A stretch of DNA of 64,000 nucleotides from Macrostomum lignano (taxonomy: Eukaryota): positions 124,001 to 188,000 of the forward strand of contig NIVC01001537.1 in the NCBI GenBank assembly GCA_002269645.1, given 5' to 3'. The notes below the pieces were generated by a model. It was given only the letters and a program-made list of their open reading frames with translations, did no database searches and was not told the origin of the DNA. The position numbers and the translations under genes are program-made. This document shows, piece after piece, positions 43,837-55,418 of the stretch (position 1 is the stretch's first letter; the number at the start of each line of letters is the position of its first letter).

Positions 43837-45166
43837 TCACACAATGGTGTAGTGAGCACTGACGAACGGTTCAGGACAGCAACTGTAAAGAGCTTCAGTG
43901 CGCCGACTGGATGCTCCAGCCAATTCCCACCTGTCATGCTGTTCAAACATCTCCCAGCTGATGGCATTCTCGCCCAGCCGCAGATCCAGCTCGAAGCCAT
44001 TGTACACCCAGCTGCCCATGACCAGCCTGCAGTGTATCGAGCCGTTGTCCTGCCGAGAGCAGGGAGCGCTGAGACTAGCTGGCGGTACGAAGACAACTTT
44101 CGAGTCGTAGTCAACCGTGGCTCGCATTGCGGATTCCTTATCTAACTGGTACTTGCCGCTGCAAAGAAAGCCATTGAAATCAGTGTATGATTGACATACC
44201 ACATATACCTGTAATAGTAAGATAGTAAGAATCTTATATTCACTTACGCGTTGTACGGTCGGACATCCGGGAGCCACAGAAGGTGGGCAGGCAGCGCCGC
44301 CTTCGTGAGGCCGCCGAAGTTCTTTGGGTCCCAGCTCAGCCTGGGGTCTGACCAAGTCTGCAACATTAAATGACACCGAGTACTGCATTCCACACTTTCT
44401 GCTCCATGCCCATTGTGACAGGCACTGCCCCAACTGCTCCGTGCCCATATTGTGACAGGCACTGCCCCAACTGCTCCATGCCCTTATTGTGACAGGCACT
44501 GCCCCAACTACTCCATGCCCTTATTGTGACAGACACTGCCCCAACTGCTCCATGCCCATATTGTGACAGGCACTGCCCCAACTGCTCCATGCCCTTATTG
44601 TGACAGGCACTGCCCCAACTGCTCCATGCCCATATTGTGACAGGCACTGCCCCAACTGCTCCATGCCCTTATTGTGACAGGCACTGCCCCAACTGCTCCA
44701 TGCCCATATTGTGACAGGCACTGCCCCAACTGCTCCATGCCCATTGTGACAGGCACTGCCCCAACTGCTCCATGCCCATATTGTGACAGGCACTGCCCCA
44801 ACTGCTCCATGCCCATATTGTGACAGGCACTGCCCCAACTGCTCCAAATCAACGGACATATTGCAGAACAACGAATTTACTTGCCATTGTGAGCCACACG
44901 TAGAAGCGAGCCCTGCTGCTTTGCACAGATTCCAGTCCCTGTAGCGACACCTCCAGGCTCACAGTCACAGGCTCGGTGGTGTTCCTGCCCATCGGCCTGG
45001 CGATGGCGCCAGCTGGTCCCAGACTGCGCAGCAGCCTCGTCACCAGGCGGTCCTCAGCGGAGCTGAACGGTCGGTCAGTCGGCAAGCCAGCCAGTTCTGA
45101 CTCGCCGCGAACAGGCAACAGGACTGTCGCTAACAATAGCAGGGCTGGCAGAAGAGAATTACTCAT
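43837..45166 (-). CDS. Cys-loop receptor ligand-binding-domain-only protein (AChBP-like / truncated nAChR alpha-type); exons 45166-44885, 44357-44248, 44158-43837; 237 aa
   Basis: Signal peptide; WLTM|TWSDPRLSWDP; loop A LWLPDVRPYNA; loop B GSWVY; loop C YSCCPEPF with vicinal Cys; stop after HYTIV. Intron 1 uses a GC donor (ATG|gcaagt). No TM-coding exon was found before the next gene. Confidence 0.85.
44395..44846. repeat. 37-bp minisatellite (ctgctccatgcccatattgtgacaggcactgccccaa) filling the GC-AG intron
   Basis: Tandem unit read directly. Confidence 0.92.
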
Positions 45167-45599
45167 CTTGCCTGACTGGTTAGTTGCTATGCCAATGTGG
45201 ACAGCTTCATAAATGGGAGAACATTTTTCGAACGTTCTTATATATACATAGCCGAATACAGATCCAGTTGTGATGAGACTGCATACTCGAAACATCCAGC
45301 CTGAGACCGGATGTCTGTCATTGACGAGCGGTGCTTAAGGCCCTATTAAATAAGTTTGACTCGTAAAATACAGCAATTGTTGCAAAAAAAGATTTTCAAC
45401 TTTTTTTTCTGATATTTTTCAGCGCGATTCAGCGGAGTCACTGATGGCTGTGACACATGAGTAGACAGCATTTACTGAAACCATATTCAAACAAGAGTCG
45501 AAAGAGGGGCAATCCAGACGCCAAAAATGTTTCAAAATAAGACAGTTCCGACCCTATATTGACAACTGCTTTTTTAATGAATTCGGATGAGTAGAGGAG

Positions 45600-46110
45600 G
45601 AATGTGGGTGGAGGAGTGAGGTGGGTAAAAGAGGATTGAGGTGGGTAAAAGAGGATTGAGGTGGATAAAAGAGGATTGAGGTGGGTAAAAGAGGAATGAG
45701 GTGGGTGAAAGAGGAGTGAGGTGGGTGAAAGAGGAGTGAGGTGGGTGAAAGAGGAGTGAGGTGGGTGTGAAGTGTGAGGTGGGTGAAAGAGGAGTGAGGT
45801 GGGTGGAGGAGTGAGGTGGGTAAAAGAGGAGTGAGGTGGGTAAAAGAGGAATGAGGTGGGTGAAAGAGGAGTGAGGTGGGTGAAAGAGGAGTGAGGTGGG
45901 TGAAAGAGGAGTGAGGTGGGTGTGAAGAGTGAGGTGGGTGAAAGAGGAGTGAGGTGGGTGTGAAGAGTGAGGTGGGTGAAAGGAGTGAGGTGGGTGCGAG
46001 GAGTGAGGTGGGTGCGAGGAGTGAGGTGGGTGCGAGGAGTGAGGTGGGTGCGAGGAGTGAGGTGGGTGCGAGGAGTGAGGTGGGTGCGAGGAGTGAGGTG
46101 GGTGCGATGA
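45600..46110. repeat. 17-20-bp G-rich minisatellite (gaggtgggtgaaagaggagt)
   Basis: Related to the 43365 array. Confidence 0.9.
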
Positions 46111-46652
46111 GTGAGTTTGAGAGTAGGAGAGTAAGGCAGAGAGTAGGAGAGTGAGGTTGAGAGTAGGAGAGTAAGGCAGAGAGTAGGAGAGTGGGCTGAG
46201 CAAAGATACAACAGTTTTTGTCTTATTCTGTTTCTGAGACGTAAATAGAAGCAAACGAAGAACAAAGCTAGAAATGAGCAGTTACAAAAATGTTTTCTTC
46301 TACTGAGGCTGATAACATTTTCCGCCAGTCGCTGGGATGAAACCGGACTGATTTCAACCAGCCCCGGTTGCTTGAGTTTCGGTCAGGAGATTTAGCACCT
46401 AAAACATTTATTAGTCAAAAATGCACATCTTTACTAAGAGTTTGGCTTTCAAATTGACAAAGAGACACTGCATCGGATCAAGGGGCAGGCAGGCTAGAGT
46501 GAGTGAGAGACTAAAAAATATTCTTTTTCGCAAAAACTCGCGGAGTTAAGAAGGTATAAAGAAAAAATTAAGTGACGCGCAGTAAGAAATGCTGTGTCAG
46601 GCGGTTTTGTCTAAATCAATGAGCATTGGATAATGTTTATGATGACCGGCTC

Positions 46653-47953
<1,301 letters not shown>

Positions 47954-48329
47954 GACTGGCTAGCAAATATTCGATTGTTTTTTGTCAACTATCACAAACT
48001 GCTGGTTGTCTCGCACTAAAACTTCTGTGCTTAGTATCAATTGATTGGTATTCAAGCGCCTTGCACTGTTTCAAATTGACTTGTCTATGGGTTTCATTGA
48101 AACTAGTATAGCTAAAAGATTTTTTTAATAGCAAGCCAGAGTTCGTTTGCAGCGATGAGGCAGGAGAGCAGTCATGTGTTCTGCATCCCTGGATCCCTAC
48201 ATCTCTACATCCCTACATCCCTGCATCCCTACAACAGATCTTACATCTGTTCTAGCTTCCTCATATAAGCTAGGGAAAACTGATAAATGATGATATGGGG
48301 TATTATTAAAGCGCGATGGGATACTATTG

Positions 48330-48755
48330 ATAGAGGATGGGGAGTTATCGATAGAGGATGGGGAGTTATCGATAGAGGATGCGGTGTTATTGATAGAGAT
48401 GAGAGTTATTGATAGAAGTGGGGAATTATTGCTATAGATGGAGAATTGTCGATAGAGGATGGGGAAACACTGACAGAGGATGGGAAACACTGACAGAGGA
48501 TAGGGAAACACTGACAGAGGATAGGAAACACTGACAGAGGATGGGGAAACACTGACAGAGGATGGGAAACACTGACAGAGGATGGGAAACACTGACAGAG
48601 GATGGGAAACACTGACAGAGGATAGGGAAACACTAACAGAGGATGGGAAACACTGACAGAGGATAGGGAAACACTAACAGAGGATGGGAAACACTGACAG
48701 AGGATGGGGAAACACTGACAGAGGATTGGGAAACACTGACAGAGGATAGGGAAAC
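48330..48755. repeat. 20-21-bp minisatellite (acactgacagaggatgggaa), left part; interrupted by the LTR element
   Basis: The array resumes at 54035-54150. Confidence 0.9.
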
Positions 48756-49030
48756 TGTGATAAATTTGTTAAGCGAGGCAGAAGTGTGGAATTGCAGGAG
48801 TGAGTAAAAGGTGCTCGCTTGAGAGCTAGGCTGTTAACATTTATTATTTAGCACTGAGGTGGTGGGTGCAGACAGATTCAAACGCGCGCATGGGGTGGGG
48901 TGGAATAAAATACAATCTCTAAGCCGATCAATAACAACTCCACTGCTAGTGAGTCCACACTACAGTGCATGCAACCTATAGCAAAGTTCATCGTGTCACT
49001 ATGTCACATCTCCCCCCTAAGTTAACACCC

Positions 49031-51268
49031 TCACTGCAGCATCAATCTGTCAGGTGGTGCTCGAACTCGAGTCGGGTAGCGCCGGGGTGCCTCGTTAGCA
49101 GAGTCAGCCGTGTCTGCCTGCGGCGAGGCTGGCGTGCCGCCAGCGTCAGGTGCCGCGCAGTCCTCGGCCGGGGTTGTGCTGCTATTCGACTCGGCCAACC
49201 CAGCGGGAGCCGCCAGCAGCTGGTCAGCGTGTCGCGCTTGTACGCCGCGCCCAGAATCGACTGTGCAGTTGCGAGTGCCGGCATTGACAATGACACCTTC
49301 GGCCCAGCGGCTGCTTTCTCCTGCACGAGCAGCAGTGCTGAAATCGCGGTAGAGCACACGATCTCCAGGCTGGAACTGGCGCGCTGGCCGCTGCTGCTGA
49401 AGCTGATGCTGCTGTCGCTGTTGCATGGCCGAAGTCAACGATGGTGTCAGGAGGTCCAGCCGGCTGCGCAGCCGGCGGCCAATGAGCAGCTGACTCGGCG
49501 CGGTGCCACTGACGCTGTGCGGAGTGTTGCGATAGGCCATCAGCAGTCGTTGAAGTTGCGCGTCGGAGTGACCGCACTTACTCAGATGCCGCTTCAGCAC
49601 CTGGACGAAGCGCTCGGCCTGGCCGTTGGTCGCCGGGTGGAATGGCGCCGAGAAGATGTGCCGGATGCCGTTGGAACTGACGAACTCAGCGAACTCGGCC
49701 GAAGCGAATTGTGGCCCGTTGTCCGACACCAAGGTTCTCGGTAGGCCGAGACGAGCGAAGATTTCTCGCAGGCAGCTGATCGTCACAGTTGCAATGGTGC
49801 TGCTCATCCTGTGCACCTCTGGCCACTTGCTGTGCGCGTCGACCAGGACCAGGTAAGTGCGGCCGTCCACGGGTCCCACAAAGTCGACGTGCAACCGCTC
49901 CCATGGCTCAGTCGGAAATGGCCATGGCTGTACCGGGGCGGAGCCTTGATTGTGTCGAAATTTGCCAAGTCGGTTCTCGAACACCGCAGCGAATCTCTCA
50001 TGCAGGTCGCTGATGTCGTAATCGGTGGACACTGCGTGCACCTGGGCCATTATTGTCGGCCAGTCCAGCCCAAGGTGAGCCAGCCAGTCTCGTCCCAGCA
50101 GTGCCGTGTCTCCTTTGTCGACTACAAGCAGCGGTAGCTGTAGCTGCTGGGCGTTGTGCTGGACGCAGACTGTGGCTTGGCCTCGCGGATGAAAGCGTTC
50201 ATTGGTGAAGGTTCGCAGAACTGCGGCAGATGGAGCCAGCTGTAGCTGAGGGAGCAACTTCTGCTGCAGCTGCTGCGGCATCAGCGTGACTGCAGAGCCG
50301 GTGTCGATGACAAACTGGCATTCCTGGCCGTTGACGAGCAGCATGACTGTCGGTCCAGCGTTTCTGCCTGTTGGTCGGACTGCGAAGATGGGCACCTGGG
50401 TGTCACACGCGCCTTCGACAGTAGGTGCCATCCGCTCCTCTTGTAGCATGTGTAGCTTGGCCTGCTTGGTGGACTGGCAGACCTTGCGGATATGGCCGAC
50501 CTTGCCGCATGCATGGCACTTGGCGTCCCTGAACTTGCATGAATGACGCTCGTGAGAACCGCCACAGCTTTTGCATGAGCTGCCACCGCCACCGTTGCCG
50601 CTGCCGTTGCCGCTGCCGCCGTTGCCGCTGCCGCCGTTTTCGCTGCCGCTGACCCGATGCCCTCTGTGGTGCGCTGAAGGTGTCACCTGCTTGCGGCTAC
50701 CTCTCTTGCTGACAAATTGCAGATTGGCAACAGACTCCGATGCCCTTTGTGACATCTCCAGGGACGAACGCTCTGCAGACTCCAGCGACATAGCCTTTGT
50801 TTGCAGGGATTCGAAAGTCGGCTCAACGACTTCCAGCAGCTTGGCTCGATAGGCGTCGCTTCGAAGACCGAACACGAGTTGGTCTCGGAGCCGCTCATTT
50901 AGCGACTCACCGAAGTTGCAGTCAGCTGACAGAGCCTGGAGCCCCGCGATGAATGCCGTGAAGCTCTCGCCTGCTTGCTGAGTTCGTTGTTGGAAACGGA
51001 ACCTCGCAGCTAGCTCCGAAGGCTTGGGTGCGAAGTGCGTTGTCAGCAGCTTCTTCAAGTCAGCGTAAGACTTCTGCGCCACTTGGACCGGCTGGCACAG
51101 ACTCCGCAGTGTGATGTAAGCCTCCTCTCCAATCGACGTGATCAGAGTTGCCACTTTTGCCTCATCCTTCACCTCCTTGCAGATGAAGTACTGCTCGAGA
51201 CGCTCTAGGAAGATCTCGGTGTTTGTAGATGGTAGCAGTTGGCCCAGCGTGGGCAGACTCGTCGCCAT
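49031..51268 (-). CDS. Gag-protease-integrase polyprotein, 745 aa, no RT/RH (copy 1)
   Basis: Gag with knuckles CKSCGGSHERHSC and CHACGKVGHIRKVC; protease IDTGS; integrase HVDF / VSDNG / NGQAER; C-terminal FQPGDRV..W. No YxDD motif. The ATG overlaps the PBS. Confidence 0.9.
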   Translation of the reverse strand: MATSLPTLGQLLPSTNTEIFLERLEQYFICKEVKDEAKVATLITSIGEEAYITLRSLCQPVQVAQKSYADLKKLLTTHFAPKPSELAARFRFQQRTQQAGESFTAFIAGLQALSADCNFGESLNERLRDQLVFGLRSDAYRAKLLEVVEPTFESLQTKAMSLESAERSSLEMSQRASESVANLQFVSKRGSRKQVTPSAHHRGHRVSGSENGGSGNGGSGNGSGNGGGGSSCKSCGGSHERHSCKFRDAKCHACGKVGHIRKVCQSTKQAKLHMLQEERMAPTVEGACDTQVPIFAVRPTGRNAGPTVMLLVNGQECQFVIDTGSAVTLMPQQLQQKLLPQLQLAPSAAVLRTFTNERFHPRGQATVCVQHNAQQLQLPLLVVDKGDTALLGRDWLAHLGLDWPTIMAQVHAVSTDYDISDLHERFAAVFENRLGKFRHNQGSAPVQPWPFPTEPWERLHVDFVGPVDGRTYLVLVDAHSKWPEVHRMSSTIATVTISCLREIFARLGLPRTLVSDNGPQFASAEFAEFVSSNGIRHIFSAPFHPATNGQAERFVQVLKRHLSKCGHSDAQLQRLLMAYRNTPHSVSGTAPSQLLIGRRLRSRLDLLTPSLTSAMQQRQQHQLQQQRPARQFQPGDRVLYRDFSTAARAGESSRWAEGVIVNAGTRNCTVDSGRGVQARHADQLLAAPAGLAESNSSTTPAEDCAAPDAGGTPASPQADTADSANEAPRRYPTRVRAPPDRLMLQ

Positions 51269-51543
51269 TGTGATAACTTTGTTAAGCGAGGCAGAAGTGT
51301 GGAATTGCAGGAGTGAGTAAAAGGTGCTCGCTTGAGAGCTAAGCTGACAATATTTATTACTTAGCACTGAGGTGGTGGGTGCAGACAGATTCAAACGCGC
51401 GCATGGGGTGGGGTGGAATAAAATACAATCTCTAAGCCGATCAATAACAACTCCACTGCTAGTGAGTCCACACTACAGTGCATGCAACCTATAGCAAAGT
51501 TCATCGTGTCACTATGTCACATCTCCCCCCTAAGTTAACACCC

Positions 51544-53781
51544 TCACTGCAGCATCAATCTGTCAGGTGGTGCTCGAACTCGAGTCGGGTAGCGCCGGGG
51601 TGCCTCGTTAGCAGAGTCAGCCGTGTCTGCCTGCGGCGAGGCTGGCGTGCCGCCAGCGTCAGGTGCCGCGCAGTCCTCGGCCGGGGTTGTGCTGCTATTC
51701 GACTCGGCCAACCCAGCGGGAGCCGCCAGCAGCTGGTCAGCGTGTCGCGCTTGTACGCCGCGCCCAGAATCGACTGTGCAGTTGCGAGTGCCGGCATTGA
51801 CAATGACACCTTCGGCCCAGCGGCTGCTTTCTCCTGCACGAGCAGCAGTGCTGAAATCGCGGTAGAGCACACGATCTCCAGGCTGGAACTGGCGCGCTGG
51901 CCGCTGCTGCTGAAGCTGATGCTGCTGTCGCTGTTGCATGGCCGAAGTCAACGATGGTGTCAGGAGGTCCAGCCGGCTGCGCAGCCGGCGGCCAATGAGC
52001 AGCTGACTCGGCGCGGTGCCACTGACGCTGTGCGGAGTGTTGCGATAGGCCATCAGCAGTCGTTGAAGTTGCGCGTCGGAGTGACCGCACTTACTCAGAT
52101 GCCGCTTCAGCACCTGGACGAAGCGCTCGGCCTGGCCGTTGGTCGCCGGGTGGAATGGCGCCGAGAAGATGTGCCGGATGCCGTTGGAACTGACGAACTC
52201 AGCGAACTCGGCCGAAGCGAATTGTGGCCCGTTGTCCGACACCAAGGTTCTCGGTAGGCCGAGACGAGCGAAGATTTCTCGCAGGCAGCTGATCGTCACA
52301 GTTGCAATGGTGCTGCTCATCCTGTGCACCTCTGGCCACTTGCTGTGCGCGTCGACCAGGACCAGGTAAGTGCGGCCGTCCACGGGTCCCACAAAGTCGA
52401 CGTGCAACCGCTCCCATGGCTCAGTCGGAAATGGCCATGGCTGTACCGGGGCGGAGCCTTGATTGTGTCGAAATTTGCCAAGTCGGTTCTCGAACACCGC
52501 AGCGAATCTCTCATGCAGGTCGCTGATGTCGTAATCGGTGGACACTGCGTGCACCTGGGCCATTATTGTCGGCCAGTCCAGCCCAAGGTGAGCCAGCCAG
52601 TCTCGTCCCAGCAGTGCCGTGTCTCCTTTGTCGACTACAAGCAGCGGTAGCTGTAGCTGCTGGGCGTTGTGCTGGACGCAGACTGTGGCTTGGCCTCGCG
52701 GATGAAAGCGTTCATTGGTGAAGGTTCGCAGAACTGCGGCAGATGGAGCCAGCTGTAGCTGAGGGAGCAACTTCTGCTGCAGCTGCTGCGGCATCAGCGT
52801 GACTGCAGAGCCGGTGTCGATGACAAACTGGCATTCCTGGCCGTTGACGAGCAGCATGACTGTCGGTCCAGCGTTTCTGCCTGTTGGTCGGACTGCGAAG
52901 ATGGGCACCTGGGTGTCACACGCGCCTTCGACAGTAGGTGCCATCCGCTCCTCTTGTAGCATGTGTAGCTTGGCCTGCTTGGTGGACTGGCAGACCTTGC
53001 GGATATGGCCGACCTTGCCGCATGCATGGCACTTGGCGTCCCTGAACTTGCATGAATGACGCTCGTGAGAACCGCCACAGCTTTTGCATGAGCTGCCACC
53101 GCCACCGTTGCCGCTGCCGTTGCCGCTGCCGCCGTTGCCGCTGCCGCCGTTTTCGCTGCCGCTGACCCGATGCCCTCTGTGGTGCGCTGAAGGTGTCACC
53201 TGCTTGCGGCTACCTCTCTTGCTGACAAATTGCAGATTGGCAACAGACTCCGATGCCCTTTGTGACATCTCCAGGGACGAACGCTCTGCAGACTCCAGCG
53301 ACATAGCCTTTGTTTGCAGGGATTCGAAAGTCGGCTCAACGACTTCCAGCAGCTTGGCTCGATAGGCGTCGCTTCGAAGACCGAACACGAGTTGGTCTCG
53401 GAGCCGCTCATTTAGCGACTCACCGAAGTTGCAGTCAGCTGACAGAGCCTGGAGCCCCGCGATGAATGCCGTGAAGCTCTCGCCTGCTTGCTGAGTTCGT
53501 TGTTGGAAACGGAACCTCGCAGCTAGCTCCGAAGGCTTGGGTGCGAAGTGCGTTGTCAGCAGCTTCTTCAAGTCAGCGTAAGACTTCTGCGCCACTTGGA
53601 CCGGCTGGCACAGACTCCGCAGTGTGATGTAAGCCTCCTCTCCAATCGACGTGATCAGAGTTGCCACTTTTGCCTCATCCTTCACCTCCTTGCAGATGAA
53701 GTACTGCTCGAGACGCTCTAGGAAGATCTCGGTGTTTGTAGATGGTAGCAGTTGGCCCAGCGTGGGCAGACTCGTCGCCAT
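51544..53781 (-). CDS. Gag-protease-integrase polyprotein, 745 aa, no RT/RH (copy 2)
   Basis: Translation identical to copy 1. Confidence 0.9.
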   Translation of the reverse strand: MATSLPTLGQLLPSTNTEIFLERLEQYFICKEVKDEAKVATLITSIGEEAYITLRSLCQPVQVAQKSYADLKKLLTTHFAPKPSELAARFRFQQRTQQAGESFTAFIAGLQALSADCNFGESLNERLRDQLVFGLRSDAYRAKLLEVVEPTFESLQTKAMSLESAERSSLEMSQRASESVANLQFVSKRGSRKQVTPSAHHRGHRVSGSENGGSGNGGSGNGSGNGGGGSSCKSCGGSHERHSCKFRDAKCHACGKVGHIRKVCQSTKQAKLHMLQEERMAPTVEGACDTQVPIFAVRPTGRNAGPTVMLLVNGQECQFVIDTGSAVTLMPQQLQQKLLPQLQLAPSAAVLRTFTNERFHPRGQATVCVQHNAQQLQLPLLVVDKGDTALLGRDWLAHLGLDWPTIMAQVHAVSTDYDISDLHERFAAVFENRLGKFRHNQGSAPVQPWPFPTEPWERLHVDFVGPVDGRTYLVLVDAHSKWPEVHRMSSTIATVTISCLREIFARLGLPRTLVSDNGPQFASAEFAEFVSSNGIRHIFSAPFHPATNGQAERFVQVLKRHLSKCGHSDAQLQRLLMAYRNTPHSVSGTAPSQLLIGRRLRSRLDLLTPSLTSAMQQRQQHQLQQQRPARQFQPGDRVLYRDFSTAARAGESSRWAEGVIVNAGTRNCTVDSGRGVQARHADQLLAAPAGLAESNSSTTPAEDCAAPDAGGTPASPQADTADSANEAPRRYPTRVRAPPDRLMLQ

Positions 53782-54034
53782 TGTGATAACTTTGTTAAGC
53801 GAGGCAGAAGTGTGGAATTGCAGGAGTGAGTAAAAGGTGCTCGCTTGAGAGCTAAGCTGACAATATTTATTACTTAGCACTGAGGTGGTGGGTGCAGACA
53901 GATTCAAACGCGCGCATGGGGTGGGGTGGAATAAAATACAATCTCTAAGCCGATCAATAACAACTCCACTGCTAGTGAGTCCACACTACAGTGCATGCAA
54001 CCTATAGCAAAGTTCATCGTGTCACTATGTCACA

Positions 54035-54150
54035 GAAACACTGACAGAGGATGGGAAACACTGACAGAGGATAGGGAAACACTGACAAAGGATAGGGAAA
54101 CACTGACGGAGGATGGGAAACACTGACAGAGGATAGGAAAACACTGTTAG
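54035..54150. repeat. Right part of the 20-21-bp minisatellite split by the LTR insertion
   Basis: Same unit as 48330-48755. Confidence 0.88.
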
Positions 54151-54474
54151 AGGATGGAAAGTTACTTATATTCACAAGAGCTAGGGAGTGAGAACCAAAT
54201 TAAGAGCTTGAGATTCAGTAGTGTAATCTTATCGGCTAGAACACTATCGGCTAGTGGATTGACTCTAGTAGCTCTACCGTCTATGGCATTAACTGAAAAT
54301 GACACCTTGAAAATGAAACCATTTTTAGTATAGGGAGTTCAGTCAATTTTGTATCCAGCAAATTGAACAAATAAGACTCAAAGCATACGCACTATAATTA
54401 TATTCAGAGAGAAATTGCATTTAGCTTATTTTTAGTCTTTAACCGAATCGAACCCAGCCCCAAGCCAGTCAGTC

Positions 54475-55418
54475 ATGTCTCTGCCGCAGCAGCGCAGCCG
54501 GGACTCCTGGGATTTGGACGGAATTCGAAAAGCGGCATTGGAACGCCTGACTAACTCGCAGCTGACCAGCTACAAGTCGGCTAAGGAGAAGCCGAGGACT
54601 TCCGATAGATCGGAGGACTCGGTGTCCAAACTGGTGCCCGAAGCCGAGCTCAAGCAGTTCACCCTGGTCGACGAGATGATGAAGAACCAATGGCTGCTGC
54701 GGCTTATTAACAGGCGAGTCTGCACATGGTTTTAGTACCTATGAGTATTGTAAGGTTAGAAGAGATAGTCCAGCTACTCACATTGGAGTAGGGGAGGTCA
54801 GTTCAGCTACTCACATTGGAGTAGGGGAGGTCAGTCCAGCTACTCACATTGGAGTAGGGGAGGTCAGTCCAGCTACTCACATTGGAGTAAGGGAGGTCAG
54901 TCCAGCTACTCACATTGGAGTAGGGGAGGTCAGTCCAGCTACTCACATTGGAGTAAGGGAGGTCAGTCCAGCTACTCACATTGGAGTAGGGGAGGTCAGT
55001 CCAGCTATTCACATTGAAGTAGGGGAGGTCAAGCCAGCTACTCATATTGGAGTAGGGGAGGTCAATCCAGTCAGTGAGATCATTGCAATCCAACAGTGAG
55101 CAGTAACCCAATCAACTCAGACGCGACCTGGTGATGTCAATCGTGAGCACAGTGCTGCTCATGGCATCGATCGCACTGTTCGCCACAGCGCAGATAATCC
55201 AACCGGATCAGTTCAACCGCAACATACCCAAGAAGTTCTATACAAAGGCCTACATGTGGCAGTATAATTGGCAGCAGCGCTTCCTGCAGGCCTATGCTGT
55301 ATCGCTATTATCTTATCTAATCGCTTTTCACCTGTCAGTCCGATGGCGCCTGGAGATGGACGAACAGATTGAGCAGTCCAGGGTAGCGGAAAGTGAGCTA
55401 GTTCGATTCTCTAACTGA
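54475..55418 (+). CDS. Hypothetical small membrane protein (about 178 aa, 1-2 TM); exons 54475-54713 and 55121-55418
   Basis: A GC donor (AACAG|gcgagt) and aactcag acceptor join in phase 2. Hydrophobic stretches LVMSIVSTVLLMASIALFA and FLQAYAVSLLSYLIAFHL. AATAAA at about 55651. The 3' exon may contain a further small intron. Confidence 0.55.
54765..55070. repeat. 33-bp minisatellite (agtccagctactcacattggagtaggggaggtc)
   Basis: Tandem unit filling the intron. Confidence 0.9.

Larger units (their letters stand above)
48756..54034 (-). mobile_element. Tandem Ty3/Gypsy (Mag-like) LTR element, LTR-internal-LTR-internal-LTR, lacking RT/RNase H
   Basis: Three 253-bp LTRs (48756-49008, 51269-51521, 53782-54034) bounded by TGTGA...TCACA; period 2513; 5-bp TSD GAAAC at 48751-48755 and 54035-54039. 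PBS TGGCGACGAG follows the minus-strand LTR end; PPT (aggggggaga) at about 49009-49018 and 51522-51531. Confidence 0.95.

Noticed and set aside
48965-49744. 259-aa antisense ORF in the LTR element (and its copy at 51478-52257)
   Set aside because: Shadow frame of the GC-rich integrase region; no env-like signal peptide or TM features.
49031-51394. 787-aa ORF start inside the LTR (MNLSAP...)
   Set aside because: It starts at a non-ATG codon within the LTR. The likely start is the ATG at 51268, which overlaps the PBS.
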